A stretch of 64,000 bases of DNA from Prolixibacteraceae bacterium (GCA_028282705.1 JANQHI010000008.1:87644-151643); one strand, 5' to 3'. Positions 11,294-21,601 are shown, counted from the first letter of the stretch. The notes: generated by a model not told the origin, from the letters alone. Made by a program: numbers and translations.

Positions 11294-11323
11294 ATAAAAC
11301 AAGGCTACATTCCAGCAACCTTG
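11294..11323 (-). terminator. Probable terminator of the serine-hydrolase gene
   Basis: On the minus strand, CAAGGTT-N10-AGCCTTG forms a 7-bp stem with one G-U pair, followed by TTTTAT. It lies 7 nt after the stop codon. Confidence 0.45.
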
Positions 11324-11329
11324 CTCCTT

Positions 11330-12535
11330 TTATTCTTTATCTTCAGTTTCTTCCACTTTTTTTGTTTCCTTTTTCCTTTGTCTTTTAGGCTTAGGTTTTT
11401 CCTCAACAAGTTTTTCCCCTCTCTGGAACTTTACAAAAAAATCAAGGAGTTTGAAGGTTGGCATATCACGATGTTGGTGGCTTATATTAGTCAGGCATGA
11501 TATAACAATTTTTTCTTTGGGGTAGACAACCAAATGGGCACCCCCACCAATAACATCACCTTTGCAACTGTATAAATAGTTTCCTTCCCTGTCTATAAAT
11601 GTATTCCACCCATTTGCCCAACTTGCATCATAACCTGAAGGTAAAACAATGGATTTAAAATATTCAGGCCTGATAGTGTCTGTGATATACTCACTGTGCA
11701 ATAAAGCATTACCAAGTTTAAGCATATCATCTGCGGTTGATAACAAGCCCCTTGAAGGAGCAGCAGGTGTATGGTCCCTAAATATGGAATTCACCCTTTG
11801 AGAAACTAAATTCCTTGAATAACATGTAGCCCTGCCATCTGTAATTATCAATGCCTTGTCAACAAATGTATTGTCCATTTGGAGTGTGTCAAGTACTACC
11901 TCTTTAATAACTTCATAAAACCTTTTATCAAATTTTTTTTCAAATATGGCTCCCAATAGGTTATAATTGAAATCGGATTCAAAAAGGTATTCTTCAGGTT
12001 TTTTATACAAAAGGGAATCTTTTAAAAATACATTTAACCCTTTTTGTATTGAGGTATTGGCATAAAAATAAGCTGATTCATTAGCTGTTGGTTTTCTTAT
12101 CCCTGATGTTTCTTGTACCAGGTTTTTAAGGGATACCTCATAGGCTTTATTTTTGAACTCATCAAAATAGTTGCTTACTAAGGTATCATTACCAAAAGCT
12201 TCCTGTTCATTTAATAAATGGTATGTTAAAGAAGTTATGGCTTTTGAAGCAGTGCCTATCCTGTACTTTGTTTTGCGCGTGATAGGTGCTTTTAGCTCCA
12301 AGTTTGCATAACCCAACCCTTCTGACCATACTGTTTCGCCATCAACAGAAACAGCAATAGAAAAACCAGGTATTTGGTTACTAACAATGTAAGCAAATAA
12401 TTCATTGCGCGAATGTTTGATTGGCTCTACAAAAGCCTTGTCATAGAGTAGTTTGTTTTCATCTTTTTTGTTACAGCTATTAGCCAATATAAGTACACAA
12501 AAAAATGATACAAAAATTAAAAGATTCCTCATCAT
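11330..12535 (-). CDS. Beta-lactamase-fold (PF00144-like) serine hydrolase homologue, lipoprotein
   Basis: 401 aa. A lipobox-like LANSC is present. RIGTASKAITS aligns to the S-x-x-K motif region, and the length and order of conserved blocks fit the family. The C-terminal tail is Lys-rich. Confidence 0.75.
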   Translation of the reverse strand: MMRNLLIFVSFFCVLILANSCNKKDENKLLYDKAFVEPIKHSRNELFAYIVSNQIPGFSIAVSVDGETVWSEGLGYANLELKAPITRKTKYRIGTASKAITSLTYHLLNEQEAFGNDTLVSNYFDEFKNKAYEVSLKNLVQETSGIRKPTANESAYFYANTSIQKGLNVFLKDSLLYKKPEEYLFESDFNYNLLGAIFEKKFDKRFYEVIKEVVLDTLQMDNTFVDKALIITDGRATCYSRNLVSQRVNSIFRDHTPAAPSRGLLSTADDMLKLGNALLHSEYITDTIRPEYFKSIVLPSGYDASWANGWNTFIDREGNYLYSCKGDVIGGGAHLVVYPKEKIVISCLTNISHQHRDMPTFKLLDFFVKFQRGEKLVEEKPKPKRQRKKETKKVEETEDKE

Positions 12536-12617
12536 TTTAATTCAATTTTAAAATTCAAAATGGTTTTATAGTGATACAAAAATATTGATTATTGGCAAAA
12601 ATGAAAATAGAAACCTT

Positions 12618-13340
12618 TTAAATCCACCCACGCAACTTGTAATATAAAATAGCAGCAAACTCCCTAAGGATAAGTATTTCATATTTTAAATGTGTCCATA
12701 CCTGGTACCTGAACGAAAGGTTATGGCCCACGTCAGGGGATAGAGTTTTATTGCCACCCAGTTCATCATCTTCAAAATCTAGCTTGGCTTCCAGGGCATT
12801 AGGGAATGCTGGCAGTGCATTTACTTTTTCAAAACCAGTTTTTTGGAAACTCAGTACAGACCTGCGCATATGTTCTGGTGAAGTAATAAGCAAAATGGGA
12901 TCATTTGTTTTTAAAGAAAGGCTACAATTTAGTGCCTGTGAGCGAGTGTTTGTCCCCTTGTTTTCAAAATTGATTTTTGTAGGCTTAACACCTCTTAAAA
13001 TAAGTTCATGCTTGATCTTCATTGGGGTACTGGTGCTATCTTCCAGGTTTCCAGGGACAGCAATTACCAGCTCACTTTCTTTAAATTGTTTCCAGGCATG
13101 TGCTGCATACCAGCTCCTCATCAGGTTTGAAGGGCTGGGCATACCTCCTCCTCCCATTAAAACAATTGCCTTAGGTTCTGAAGTAATTTCAGATTTGCTT
13201 GTGCCCAACCAGTGGTAACCCCAGAAAGGAAGTGTAGTGAATGCCAGGATAACCAATACAAAAAAAATTATTCCTAAAGCCAAAAAGAAAAAACGTATAA
13301 GTCTTGAAAAATAAATACTTTTGGGATACTTAAAAGCCAT
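12618..13340 (-). CDS. YdcF/ElyC (DUF218) family protein
   Basis: An N-terminal TM helix followed by VLMGGGGMP...LITSPEHMRRS, as in DUF218 proteins. Confidence 0.8.
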   Translation of the reverse strand: MAFKYPKSIYFSRLIRFFFLALGIIFFVLVILAFTTLPFWGYHWLGTSKSEITSEPKAIVLMGGGGMPSPSNLMRSWYAAHAWKQFKESELVIAVPGNLEDSTSTPMKIKHELILRGVKPTKINFENKGTNTRSQALNCSLSLKTNDPILLITSPEHMRRSVLSFQKTGFEKVNALPAFPNALEAKLDFEDDELGGNKTLSPDVGHNLSFRYQVWTHLKYEILILREFAAILYYKLRGWI

Positions 13341-13390
13341 TGCTGTAATTTTAGGATAAATTTAAAACTTAACTTTTAAAACCCATTGCA

Positions 13391-14821
13391 TTGAAACAAT
13401 TTGTTAAACAAAATATTGAGCAATTATTTAAAACCCACTTCAAGGAAGCCCCATCCCATATTGAAATGCTACCTCCTTCAGGTTCTTATAGGGAATATTA
13501 CAGGATAACAGGTAAAAACAGGGTAGTAATTGGTGTATATAATGAGGATGTCAAAGAAAACCTGGCGTTCTTTTCATTTGCAAGCCATTTTAAAAATTGT
13601 GGGGTCAATGTCCCTGAATTAATTGCAGTTTCTGAAGAAAATACCTTTTACCTCCTTGAAGATTTGGGGGACTTGACACTTTTTGAACACCTCACTAAGG
13701 AAAGGGAAAAAAAAGGTTTTTCTGATAGCATTATTTCAACCTATAAAAAAGTATTGCAAGCTTTGCCTGATATACAAGTAAATGTAGGAAAAGGGATTGA
13801 CTATACCAAATGTTACCCAAGGGAAGCTTTTGACAGGCAATCAATGATGTGGGACTTGAATTATTTTAAATACTACTTCCTGAAATTGGCTAAGATCCCA
13901 TTTGATGAGCAAAAACTAGAAGATGATTTTAGAACTTTCAGCAATTACCTTGTTGGTGTTGAAAGCAACTACTTTTTATACAGGGACTTTCAGTCAAGGA
14001 ATGTGATGTTGAAAGATGGGGAGGTGTATTTTATTGATTTCCAAGGAGGAAGAAGGGGGGCGTTGCAGTATGACCTGGCTTCATTGCTCTATGATGGAAA
14101 AGCTGATATACCCCAGGAAATAAGGGATGAGCTATATGGGTTTTATATTTCAGAATTAGAAAAATATACTCCCGTTAACAAGAAAGAATTTGGGGATTAT
14201 TATAAAGGTTTTGTACTAATTAGGATCATGCAGGCCATGGGGGCTTATGGCTTTAGGGGGTTTTATGAGAAAAAAGAGCATTTTCTGAAAAGTATCCCCT
14301 ATGCCTTGAATAACCTCCAAAAACTCCTACAAGGGTTGGTCTTACCCATAAATATACCTGAATTGATTAAGGTGTTAAAGTTGTTAGTAAAATCAAAAAA
14401 ACTGAGGAATATTACCCCTGAGGCAGAGGGGTTGACAGTCAGGATAACCAGCTTTTCATATAAAAAGGGGATACCTCCTGACCCTACAAGCAATGGTGGG
14501 GGTTATGTATTTGATTGCAGGGCAATAAACAACCCTGGGAGGCTGAAAGAATACCAGAACCTAACAGGGAAAGATAAAGAAGTCCAGGATTTCCTGGAGA
14601 ACAGGTCAGACATAAAAAATTTCATAGGATCGGTTACTAGCCTGGTAAGCAAATCTGTCGAAGTATACCTGGAGAGGGAGTTCTCGCATCTGCATGTTAA
14701 TTTTGGGTGTACAGGGGGGCAACATAGGTCAGTTTATAGTGCAGAAAAATTAGCAGAGTTTTTACAAAACAATTTTCCTGTAAATGTTGTTCTTTCCCAC
14801 AGGGAATTAGAACAGAATTAA
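13391..14821 (+). CDS. Fusion of an APH/AmgK-like sugar-kinase domain and a RapZ C-terminal domain
   Basis: N-terminal part: YRDFQSRNVML and FIDFQGG...YDLASLLYD. C-terminal part: SFSYKKGIPPD, YVFDCRAINNPGR and NFGCTGGQHRSVY, which parallel the E. coli RapZ C-terminal domain. The track start is TTG and the true start is uncertain. Confidence 0.8.
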   Translation: MKQFVKQNIEQLFKTHFKEAPSHIEMLPPSGSYREYYRITGKNRVVIGVYNEDVKENLAFFSFASHFKNCGVNVPELIAVSEENTFYLLEDLGDLTLFEHLTKEREKKGFSDSIISTYKKVLQALPDIQVNVGKGIDYTKCYPREAFDRQSMMWDLNYFKYYFLKLAKIPFDEQKLEDDFRTFSNYLVGVESNYFLYRDFQSRNVMLKDGEVYFIDFQGGRRGALQYDLASLLYDGKADIPQEIRDELYGFYISELEKYTPVNKKEFGDYYKGFVLIRIMQAMGAYGFRGFYEKKEHFLKSIPYALNNLQKLLQGLVLPINIPELIKVLKLLVKSKKLRNITPEAEGLTVRITSFSYKKGIPPDPTSNGGGYVFDCRAINNPGRLKEYQNLTGKDKEVQDFLENRSDIKNFIGSVTSLVSKSVEVYLEREFSHLHVNFGCTGGQHRSVYSAEKLAEFLQNNFPVNVVLSHRELEQN

Positions 14822-14947
14822 ATGGCAAAAGAAGCTTGTAAAAAGAAAAACTATGCAGAACCTGAAAACCCGAAATTTTATTGTAAAAAATGTGGGCTGG
14901 GTGTTGTAAAAAAGGAAAAAGCTTGTAAACCAATAAAAAACAAATAA
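14822..14947 (+). CDS. Candidate 41-aa Cys4 basic micro-protein
   Basis: Below the track cutoff. The ATG immediately follows the TAA of the upstream gene (TAAATG). Translation is MAKEACKKKNYAEPENPKFYCKKCGLGVVKKEKACKPIKNK, with Cys at 6, 21, 24 and 35. Confidence 0.4.
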   Translation: MAKEACKKKNYAEPENPKFYCKKCGLGVVKKEKACKPIKNK

Positions 14948-15122
14948 ATCCAGTAAATTATCCAATTGAGCCTTTAAGATAGTTGCACTTCAAATAAATT
15001 ATGATACCTCAAAAGGGCTGTAGCTGCCCATAGCCAAACCTTCCTTAAAAATTTGTTTTGGAATTGAAATGGTATTATTTTCGCAAATGATTTAATAAAA
15101 ACAGGAAAAAGTTTCAAATAAA

Positions 15123-15833
15123 ATGGGAAGAGCATTTGAATATCGCAGGGCAGCCAAAGAAAAACGTTGGGACAAAATGTCAAAAATATTTCCTAAGCTA
15201 GGGAAAGCAATCACTATTGCAGCTAAAGAAGGAGGCCCTGACCCTGATATGAATGCACATTTAAGGACAGCCATCCTGAATGCCAAAGCCCAGAATATGC
15301 CTAAAGCCAATATTGAGGCTGCAATTAAGAGGGCAACAGGGAAAGATGCCACCACTTTTGATGAGATCAACTATGAGGGCAAAGGGCCACATGGGGTATT
15401 GGTTTTTGTTGAATGTGCAACTGACAACAGCACGCGCACAGTGGCCAATGTGAAGAGCTATTTTAATAAATCAGGAGGGGGCTTGGTTCCCTCTGGTTCA
15501 TTGGAGTATATGTTTACAAGAAAGGCTGTTTTTGAATTCATTAAACCTGAAGGGGCTGATATTGAAGAACTGGAACTGGAGCTTATTGATGGTGGGCTTG
15601 AAGAAATTGAACAAAATGAGGGTACTTTATATGCCTATGCTGACTATACAAATTTTGGAAACCTTTCCCATTTACTGGAAGAGATGAAGATTGAAGTTAC
15701 AAAGGCAAACCTGCAACGTTTACCCACTACACCTGTTGAATTTGCTGAAGAGCAACTGGAAGAAATTGAAAAATTGCTTGACAAGCTTGAAGATGATGAA
15801 GATGTGCAGGCAGTCTATACCAATATTGCCTAA
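15123..15833 (+). CDS. YebC/PmpR family DNA-binding transcriptional regulator
   Basis: [28 protein letters not shown] is the hallmark YebC N-terminus. The length is 236 aa. Confidence 0.95.
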   Translation: MGRAFEYRRAAKEKRWDKMSKIFPKLGKAITIAAKEGGPDPDMNAHLRTAILNAKAQNMPKANIEAAIKRATGKDATTFDEINYEGKGPHGVLVFVECATDNSTRTVANVKSYFNKSGGGLVPSGSLEYMFTRKAVFEFIKPEGADIEELELELIDGGLEEIEQNEGTLYAYADYTNFGNLSHLLEEMKIEVTKANLQRLPTTPVEFAEEQLEEIEKLLDKLEDDEDVQAVYTNIA

Positions 15834-15859
15834 TACATCATTTCATTTTGAAAAGTAGT

Positions 15860-15867
15860 TATCTTTG
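15860..15867 (+). promoter_or_regulatory. TATCTTTG -7 promoter element
   Basis: Exact match to TAnnTTTG, about 100 nt upstream of the ORF at 15970. Confidence 0.35.
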
Positions 15868-15969
15868 AAATTGCCCTTATTGACCTCTTATATAGCCTTA
15901 TTGGCCTATTTATTTATTTTTTACCTTCCAAATTTAGTAGCTTAGTGCTAAAATCTTTAATAAGCTTTC

Positions 15970-17199
15970 ATGATCAATACTGACAGTTTAACATCACATT
16001 ATGTGGGTATATGGAATAATTGTGTTACCTCATTTCCTTCCTTGCCCGTTTCCTATTCAAAGGAAGACCAAAAAGCCAATGAGTCTTCTTTTGAGAAGAT
16101 CATCCAGGAACTTAAATTAAAAGGGCAAAAAAGCAATCTAAATGGGAAAAAGCACGTGGTATCAGGAGTTTCATCAACTTCTTTATTCCGAAAATTATTT
16201 GTTTCAGTATTTGATTTTGAACAAGCACATCTTGACCTGATTTTGTCAACTGAATTTAAGCAGGTAACTAAAGATTTCATAAAAAAAGCAAGGGAATTTG
16301 ATAAAGAGATAAGTTTGCAAGATATATTCCAGGCTTGCAGGAATGCCTGGATCATGTGTGGTATCCAGCAAATGATAGGGGAGAAGGTGCAACTGACTCC
16401 TTCCTTGTTTGCTTACAGCATGTTGTACCCATATAGTGATAATTACCTTGATGACCCTGCTTTTTCAAAAGAGCAAAAAATGGGTTTCAGCAAGCGTTTC
16501 CATGGGCGTTTGATGGGTATCCCAACTAAGCCCCAAAATGCCCATGAAGTGATCATTTTTAAATTAATTGAGATGATTGAAGGGCAGTACAGCAGGAAAG
16601 CTTACCCTGGTGTATACCAAAGCCTACTTGCAATCCATAATGCCCAAACCAAAAGCCTGGCTTTGGTTGATAGAAATGTAACTATTACAGATGGTGAAAT
16701 TTTAAGGATCTGCATAGAAAAAGGAGGTACCTCTGTATTGGCTGATGGCTACCTGGTTGCAGGAAACCTTACAAATGAACAACAAATTTCTTTGTTTGGT
16801 TATGGAACATACCTTCAGTTTATTGATGATATACAAGACCTGAATGAAGATACCAAAGCAGGGCAGGTGACTGTTTTTTGCAAGGAAGCTAAACAAAGTA
16901 AGCTGGACTACCTAACCAACAAGGTTTTTAGCCTGGGGCAGGAGGTTATCCAGTCAATGTATTGTTTTAATGGTTCTGATATTGTGGAGTTCAAAAGCTT
17001 GATAAATAAAAGTATAAATTCAATGCTGGTGGAGACCATTTTACTAAATGACCCATATTACAGCAAGGATTACATCAAAAGTTTGGAAGTTTTTTCACCT
17101 TTAAGCATTGAATATCTTAGGAAAAGGAGGAGTAAACTTTCCCCCCAAAGGATATCTTACATCCATAAAATTGTGGAGTCAACCATTTCGAGCTATTAA
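15970..17199 (+). CDS. Divergent class-I isoprenoid synthase fold protein (squalene/phytoene-synthase-like)
   Basis: There are two Asp-rich motifs about 130 aa apart. The first is LYPYSDNYLDD. The second, GTYLQFIDDIQDLNEDTKAGQV, resembles the SQS/PSY second motif (LQ..N..RD..ED...G). Confidence 0.5.
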   Translation: MINTDSLTSHYVGIWNNCVTSFPSLPVSYSKEDQKANESSFEKIIQELKLKGQKSNLNGKKHVVSGVSSTSLFRKLFVSVFDFEQAHLDLILSTEFKQVTKDFIKKAREFDKEISLQDIFQACRNAWIMCGIQQMIGEKVQLTPSLFAYSMLYPYSDNYLDDPAFSKEQKMGFSKRFHGRLMGIPTKPQNAHEVIIFKLIEMIEGQYSRKAYPGVYQSLLAIHNAQTKSLALVDRNVTITDGEILRICIEKGGTSVLADGYLVAGNLTNEQQISLFGYGTYLQFIDDIQDLNEDTKAGQVTVFCKEAKQSKLDYLTNKVFSLGQEVIQSMYCFNGSDIVEFKSLINKSINSMLVETILLNDPYYSKDYIKSLEVFSPLSIEYLRKRRSKLSPQRISYIHKIVESTISSY

Positions 17200-17236
17200 A
17201 GGAAATCTTCTAATTTACAACTTCAAGCTATTAGCC

Positions 17237-19426
17237 TTACTGTAAATGTCCTTTTAAGAAGTTGGTCATTTTAGTGTATAGGTGCATGGTTGTGTTCCCA
17301 CCATATATGCCATGGTTTCTGTTGGTGTAAAGAGCCATATCAAATTGGATACCTTCCTGTACAAGCTTTTCAGCAAATTCATAAGCATTTTGGGCATGTA
17401 CATTATCATCAGCAGTGCCATGTACTAGCAACAAGTTGCCTTTTAGGCCTTTTGCATGGGTTAAAGGTGAATTATCATCATAGCCATCAGGGTTTTCCTG
17501 TGGTGTCCTCATGTATCGCTCAGTGTATATGGTATCATAAAACCTCCAGCTTGTTACTGGTGCTACTGATATGCCTGCTTTGAAAATGCCATCTCCCTTT
17601 TCCATGGAAAGGGCTACCATAAAACCTCCATAACTCCATCCAAAAATAGCTATGTTCCCACCATCAACATAGGGTAATGAAGCCAGGTATTTTGCAGCCT
17701 CAACCTGGTCATCTGATTCATATTTACCCAGTTGCATGTAGGTCACTTTCCTGAAATCTTCACCACGTGCGCCAGTCCCCCTGGGGTCAACACATGCCAC
17801 AATGAAACCTTCCTGTACCAGGTATTCATTCCAACCCACACGTAACCTGTCTGTTACACTTTGTGAATTAGGTCCACTATATTGGGTCATCAGTACAGGG
17901 TATTGTTTATTTGGGTTGAAATCATTGGGTTTTAACATCCATCCATTTAATTCAACACCTTCAGAAGTTGTAAAAGTAAAAAATTCTTTTGCTGGGATAT
18001 TATACTCAAGTAGCTTTCCTTTTAAGGCGGCATTATCCTCAAGTACCCTGATCAATTTCCCTTTACTGTTGTGTAGGGTTACCAGTGGAGGCGTGTTATT
18101 GCTTGCATAAGTGTTAATATAATATTTAAAGTTTTTGCTGAATGTACAAGAGTTTGTACCCTTTAGGGTAGACAGTTCCCCTCTTTTTTTCTCATCTAAG
18201 CTGATATAATATATTTCCCTTTGCATGGGTGATTCAGCAGCAGCCTGGTAATAAAACAATTTATTCTTTTTATCATACCCATAAAAATTGGTCACATCAA
18301 ATTCTCCTTTGGTCAATTGCTTTTGAAAAAAGCCTTGCCTGTCATATAAATAGAGGTGTGACCAGCCATCCCTTTCACTCGTGATAACAAAACTGCCATC
18401 ATCAAGGAATGTGAAGTCATCTAGGAAGCTTTGAGCAATATACTTGTCATTTTTCTCAGTAAAAATTACCCTTGAATCACCAGTATATGGGTTGGTGTAC
18501 AATGTTTCCAGTTTATTCTGCCTCCTGTTCAGGCGCATAACCATCAGGTCATTGGCATCAGGGGTCCATTTTATCCTGGGAATGTATTGGTCCTCTTTCT
18601 CTCCTGTATCTGCCTCAATGGTAGTTTTTGATTTAGGGTCATAAACATAGACAGTTACTTTTGAGTTTTCCTCTCCTGCTTTTGGGTATTTAAATGTTTC
18701 ATTATAAGGGTATAAGGCATAGTCATCATAGCTTGGCCTTTCTCCTTTAAACAGGGTCATCCCAAACTCTTTAACTTCAGATTCATCAAAACGCATAAAT
18801 GCCAGGAACCTGCTGTCAGGCGACCATGCAAAAGCTTTGTTAAACCCAAACTCTTCCTCATATACCCAGTCAGGTGCCCCATTAATTATTTCATTCTTTT
18901 TCCCATCCTTGGTCACTTTGCTTTCAGTCCCAAATTTCAGGTTTTTTATAAAAAGGTTGTTATTCCTGACAAATGCAACCATATTGCCGTCAGGGGAGAA
19001 AGTAGCAAGCTGTTGCGCCCCTTTTTCTGATAAAGGGGTTAGGGTTTCAGTAACTGAATTCCAGATGTAATATTCAGCAGTAAATGAATGCCTGTATATC
19101 TTTTTTACTTTTGTTGTCAATAATATTTTTGTCTCATCATCACTGAATGTGTACCCTGAAAACCTGCTGATAGGGCTTTCTTCAACCTTTTCCAGGTCAA
19201 AGACTACATCCACTTTTTCTCCTCTTTCATAGCTGTTTTTTATGATTTTTGAACCTCCTTCAAGGATTGAATAGTGGATGCCATCATTCATTGAGTTTAA
19301 CCCCCTGACTGATTTTTGCGAGAATTCCCCATTTACAAACACATCTTCCAATGTAAACTTCTTATCCTGTGCAATACTAGTTATAAATAGGGTGGATGAA
19401 AGGAATAATATTATTAAACTTCTCAT
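17237..19426 (-). CDS. Dipeptidyl peptidase IV (S9B family)
   Basis: 729 aa with a signal peptide and a DPP-IV N-terminal propeller. The catalytic nucleophile motif is GWSYGG, with downstream Asp and His (VHGTADDNVH, NHGI). Confidence 0.93.
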   Translation of the reverse strand: MRSLIILFLSSTLFITSIAQDKKFTLEDVFVNGEFSQKSVRGLNSMNDGIHYSILEGGSKIIKNSYERGEKVDVVFDLEKVEESPISRFSGYTFSDDETKILLTTKVKKIYRHSFTAEYYIWNSVTETLTPLSEKGAQQLATFSPDGNMVAFVRNNNLFIKNLKFGTESKVTKDGKKNEIINGAPDWVYEEEFGFNKAFAWSPDSRFLAFMRFDESEVKEFGMTLFKGERPSYDDYALYPYNETFKYPKAGEENSKVTVYVYDPKSKTTIEADTGEKEDQYIPRIKWTPDANDLMVMRLNRRQNKLETLYTNPYTGDSRVIFTEKNDKYIAQSFLDDFTFLDDGSFVITSERDGWSHLYLYDRQGFFQKQLTKGEFDVTNFYGYDKKNKLFYYQAAAESPMQREIYYISLDEKKRGELSTLKGTNSCTFSKNFKYYINTYASNNTPPLVTLHNSKGKLIRVLEDNAALKGKLLEYNIPAKEFFTFTTSEGVELNGWMLKPNDFNPNKQYPVLMTQYSGPNSQSVTDRLRVGWNEYLVQEGFIVACVDPRGTGARGEDFRKVTYMQLGKYESDDQVEAAKYLASLPYVDGGNIAIFGWSYGGFMVALSMEKGDGIFKAGISVAPVTSWRFYDTIYTERYMRTPQENPDGYDDNSPLTHAKGLKGNLLLVHGTADDNVHAQNAYEFAEKLVQEGIQFDMALYTNRNHGIYGGNTTMHLYTKMTNFLKGHLQ

Positions 19427-19608
19427 GGTAATTTGTTTTGATTGTTCTACAAAAATATAAATACAAAAACAAAGGGAGGTGATAATTTTTTAGTAAATAC
19501 GAAAATTATTTTAAGCATCAATAACCACCTGTTTATAAATATGCAAAGAAAATGTTCATAGAATAGGGTATTCACGTTACCCATTGATTGTTTTCTATGA
19601 AGAATGGT

Positions 19609-19616
19609 TATCTTTG
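19609..19616 (+). promoter_or_regulatory. TATCTTTG -7 promoter element upstream of thrS
   Basis: Exact match to TAnnTTTG, 36 nt before the thrS ATG. A TTG lies 18 nt upstream (19588-19590). Confidence 0.5.
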
Positions 19617-19651
19617 CACTTCAAAAATTTGAACCATTTAGTTAATAAAGA

Positions 19652-21601
19652 ATGATCAACATTACACTACCAGATAACAGTGTGAAAGAATTTCCTGAAG
19701 GGGTTACAGGGTACGAGATAGCCGTGGCAATTTCGCCCAGGTTGGCAAAAGAGGTTTTATCAATTTCAGTTAATGGTGAAATATGGGATTTAACACGCCC
19801 TATACAAGAAGATGCTTCTATTAACCTTCATAAATGGGATGACCGCCAGGGGAAGGAAACATTCTGGCACTCTTCTGCCCATTTAATGGCTGAAGCTATT
19901 GAAACCATGTACCCTGGGACAAAATTTGGTATTGGACCAACTGTGGATACAGGCTTTTATTATGATGTGGAACTTCCTGATGGAAAAGTTATAACTGACA
20001 AAGATTTGCCTGTAATTGAAAAAAAGATGTTGGAATTAGCCAGGCAAAAAAACGATATTAACAGGAGTGAAATTTCTAAAGCTGATGCTTTGGAAATGTT
20101 CAATGAAAAAAATGACGGCCTTAAGTTGGAGTTGATAGATGAATTGGAAGATGGTACTATTACCTTATACAACCAGGGCAATTTTACTGACCTGTGCCGT
20201 GGACCCCATTTGCCCAACACAAGTTTGATCAAAGCTATCAAACTAACTGCAATTGCTGGAGCTTATTGGCGAGGAGACGAAAAAAATAAAATGTTAACCA
20301 GAGTTTATGGGGTAACTTTTCCTAAGCAGAAAATGCTTGAAGAATACCTGTTAATGGTTGAAGAAGCCAAAAAACGCGACCACAGGAAGATAGGGAAAGA
20401 AATGGAGTTATTCACCTTTTCAGAAAATGTGGGGCAAGGGTTGCCATTATGGATGCCTAAAGGTGCCCAATTACGCATGCAGCTTGAAGATTTCCTGAAA
20501 AAAGTACAAAAAGAACATGGTTATGGGCAGGTGATTACCCCACATATTGGAGACGTTAGGCTGTATAAAACTTCAGGGCATTACCAAAAGTATGGCGAGG
20601 ATTCATTCCAAACCATAAAAACACCAGCTGAAGGGGAAGAGTACATGCTAAAACCTATGAACTGCCCGCACCATTGCGAAATATATAAGTCAAAACCAAG
20701 GTCATATAAAGACCTGCCTGTAAGGATGGCAGAATTTGGTACTGTTTACAGGTATGAGCAAAGTGGTGAGTTGCATGGATTGACCAGGGTAAGGGGTTTC
20801 ACACAAGATGATGCCCATATCTTTTGCCGCCCTGACCAGTTAAAAGAGGAATTCAAAAAAGTGATTGATATAGTGTTCATTATTTTCAAAGCACTAAGCT
20901 TTGAGAAATATACTGCACAAATTTCATTACGTGACCCAGATAAACCTGAGAAATATATTGGTTCTCCTAAGAACTGGGATAAAGCAGAACAGGCAATCAT
21001 TGAGGCATGCGAGGAAAAAGGCTTGGAAACAATTACTGAGGTTGGTGAAGCAGCTTTTTATGGGCCTAAGCTCGATTTTATGATTAAAGATGCATTGGGG
21101 CGCAGTTGGCAGTTAGGAACTATCCAGGTAGATTATAATTTACCCGAACGTTTCAACCTAGAATATATTGGGGCAGATGATAACCGCCATAAACCTGTAA
21201 TGATACACAGGGCACCATTTGGTTCAATGGAGCGTTTTGTTGCTGTTTTAATAGAACATACAGCAGGAAAATTCCCATTATGGCTAACTCCTGAGCAGGT
21301 AGTTTTATTACCTATCAGTGAAAAGTATAATGATTATGCAAAAAAAGTTTTAAAATTTCTAAATAATTCCGATATTCGCACCGTTATTGACGAGCGTAAC
21401 GAAAAGATTGGTAGGAAGATACGCGATAACGAACTGAAACGGATACCTTTTATGTTAATAATTGGCGAAAAAGAGGCTGAGAATGGAACTGTTTCTGTTC
21501 GTAAACAGGGAGAAGGAGATAAAGGGTTGATGGCACAAGATGAATTTGTTGAATTTGTCAAAAATGAAGTGAAAAATCAATTATCAGGATTATATAATTA
21601 A
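19652..21601 (+). CDS. thrS: Threonine--tRNA ligase
   Basis: 649 aa with a TGS domain, the editing-domain motif HSSAHLMA, class II core motifs and a C-terminal anticodon-binding domain. Confidence 0.97.
   Translation: MINITLPDNSVKEFPEGVTGYEIAVAISPRLAKEVLSISVNGEIWDLTRPIQEDASINLHKWDDRQGKETFWHSSAHLMAEAIETMYPGTKFGIGPTVDTGFYYDVELPDGKVITDKDLPVIEKKMLELARQKNDINRSEISKADALEMFNEKNDGLKLELIDELEDGTITLYNQGNFTDLCRGPHLPNTSLIKAIKLTAIAGAYWRGDEKNKMLTRVYGVTFPKQKMLEEYLLMVEEAKKRDHRKIGKEMELFTFSENVGQGLPLWMPKGAQLRMQLEDFLKKVQKEHGYGQVITPHIGDVRLYKTSGHYQKYGEDSFQTIKTPAEGEEYMLKPMNCPHHCEIYKSKPRSYKDLPVRMAEFGTVYRYEQSGELHGLTRVRGFTQDDAHIFCRPDQLKEEFKKVIDIVFIIFKALSFEKYTAQISLRDPDKPEKYIGSPKNWDKAEQAIIEACEEKGLETITEVGEAAFYGPKLDFMIKDALGRSWQLGTIQVDYNLPERFNLEYIGADDNRHKPVMIHRAPFGSMERFVAVLIEHTAGKFPLWLTPEQVVLLPISEKYNDYAKKVLKFLNNSDIRTVIDERNEKIGRKIRDNELKRIPFMLIIGEKEAENGTVSVRKQGEGDKGLMAQDEFVEFVKNEVKNQLSGLYN

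Noticed and set aside
19606-19619. The 14-mer ATGGTTATCTTTGC, shared identically by the thrS upstream region (19606-19619) and the pyrK upstream region (49886-49899), considered as a shared regulatory site.
   Set aside because: Most of the identity is the generic -7 promoter consensus plus a few flanking bases. That is insufficient to claim co-regulation.
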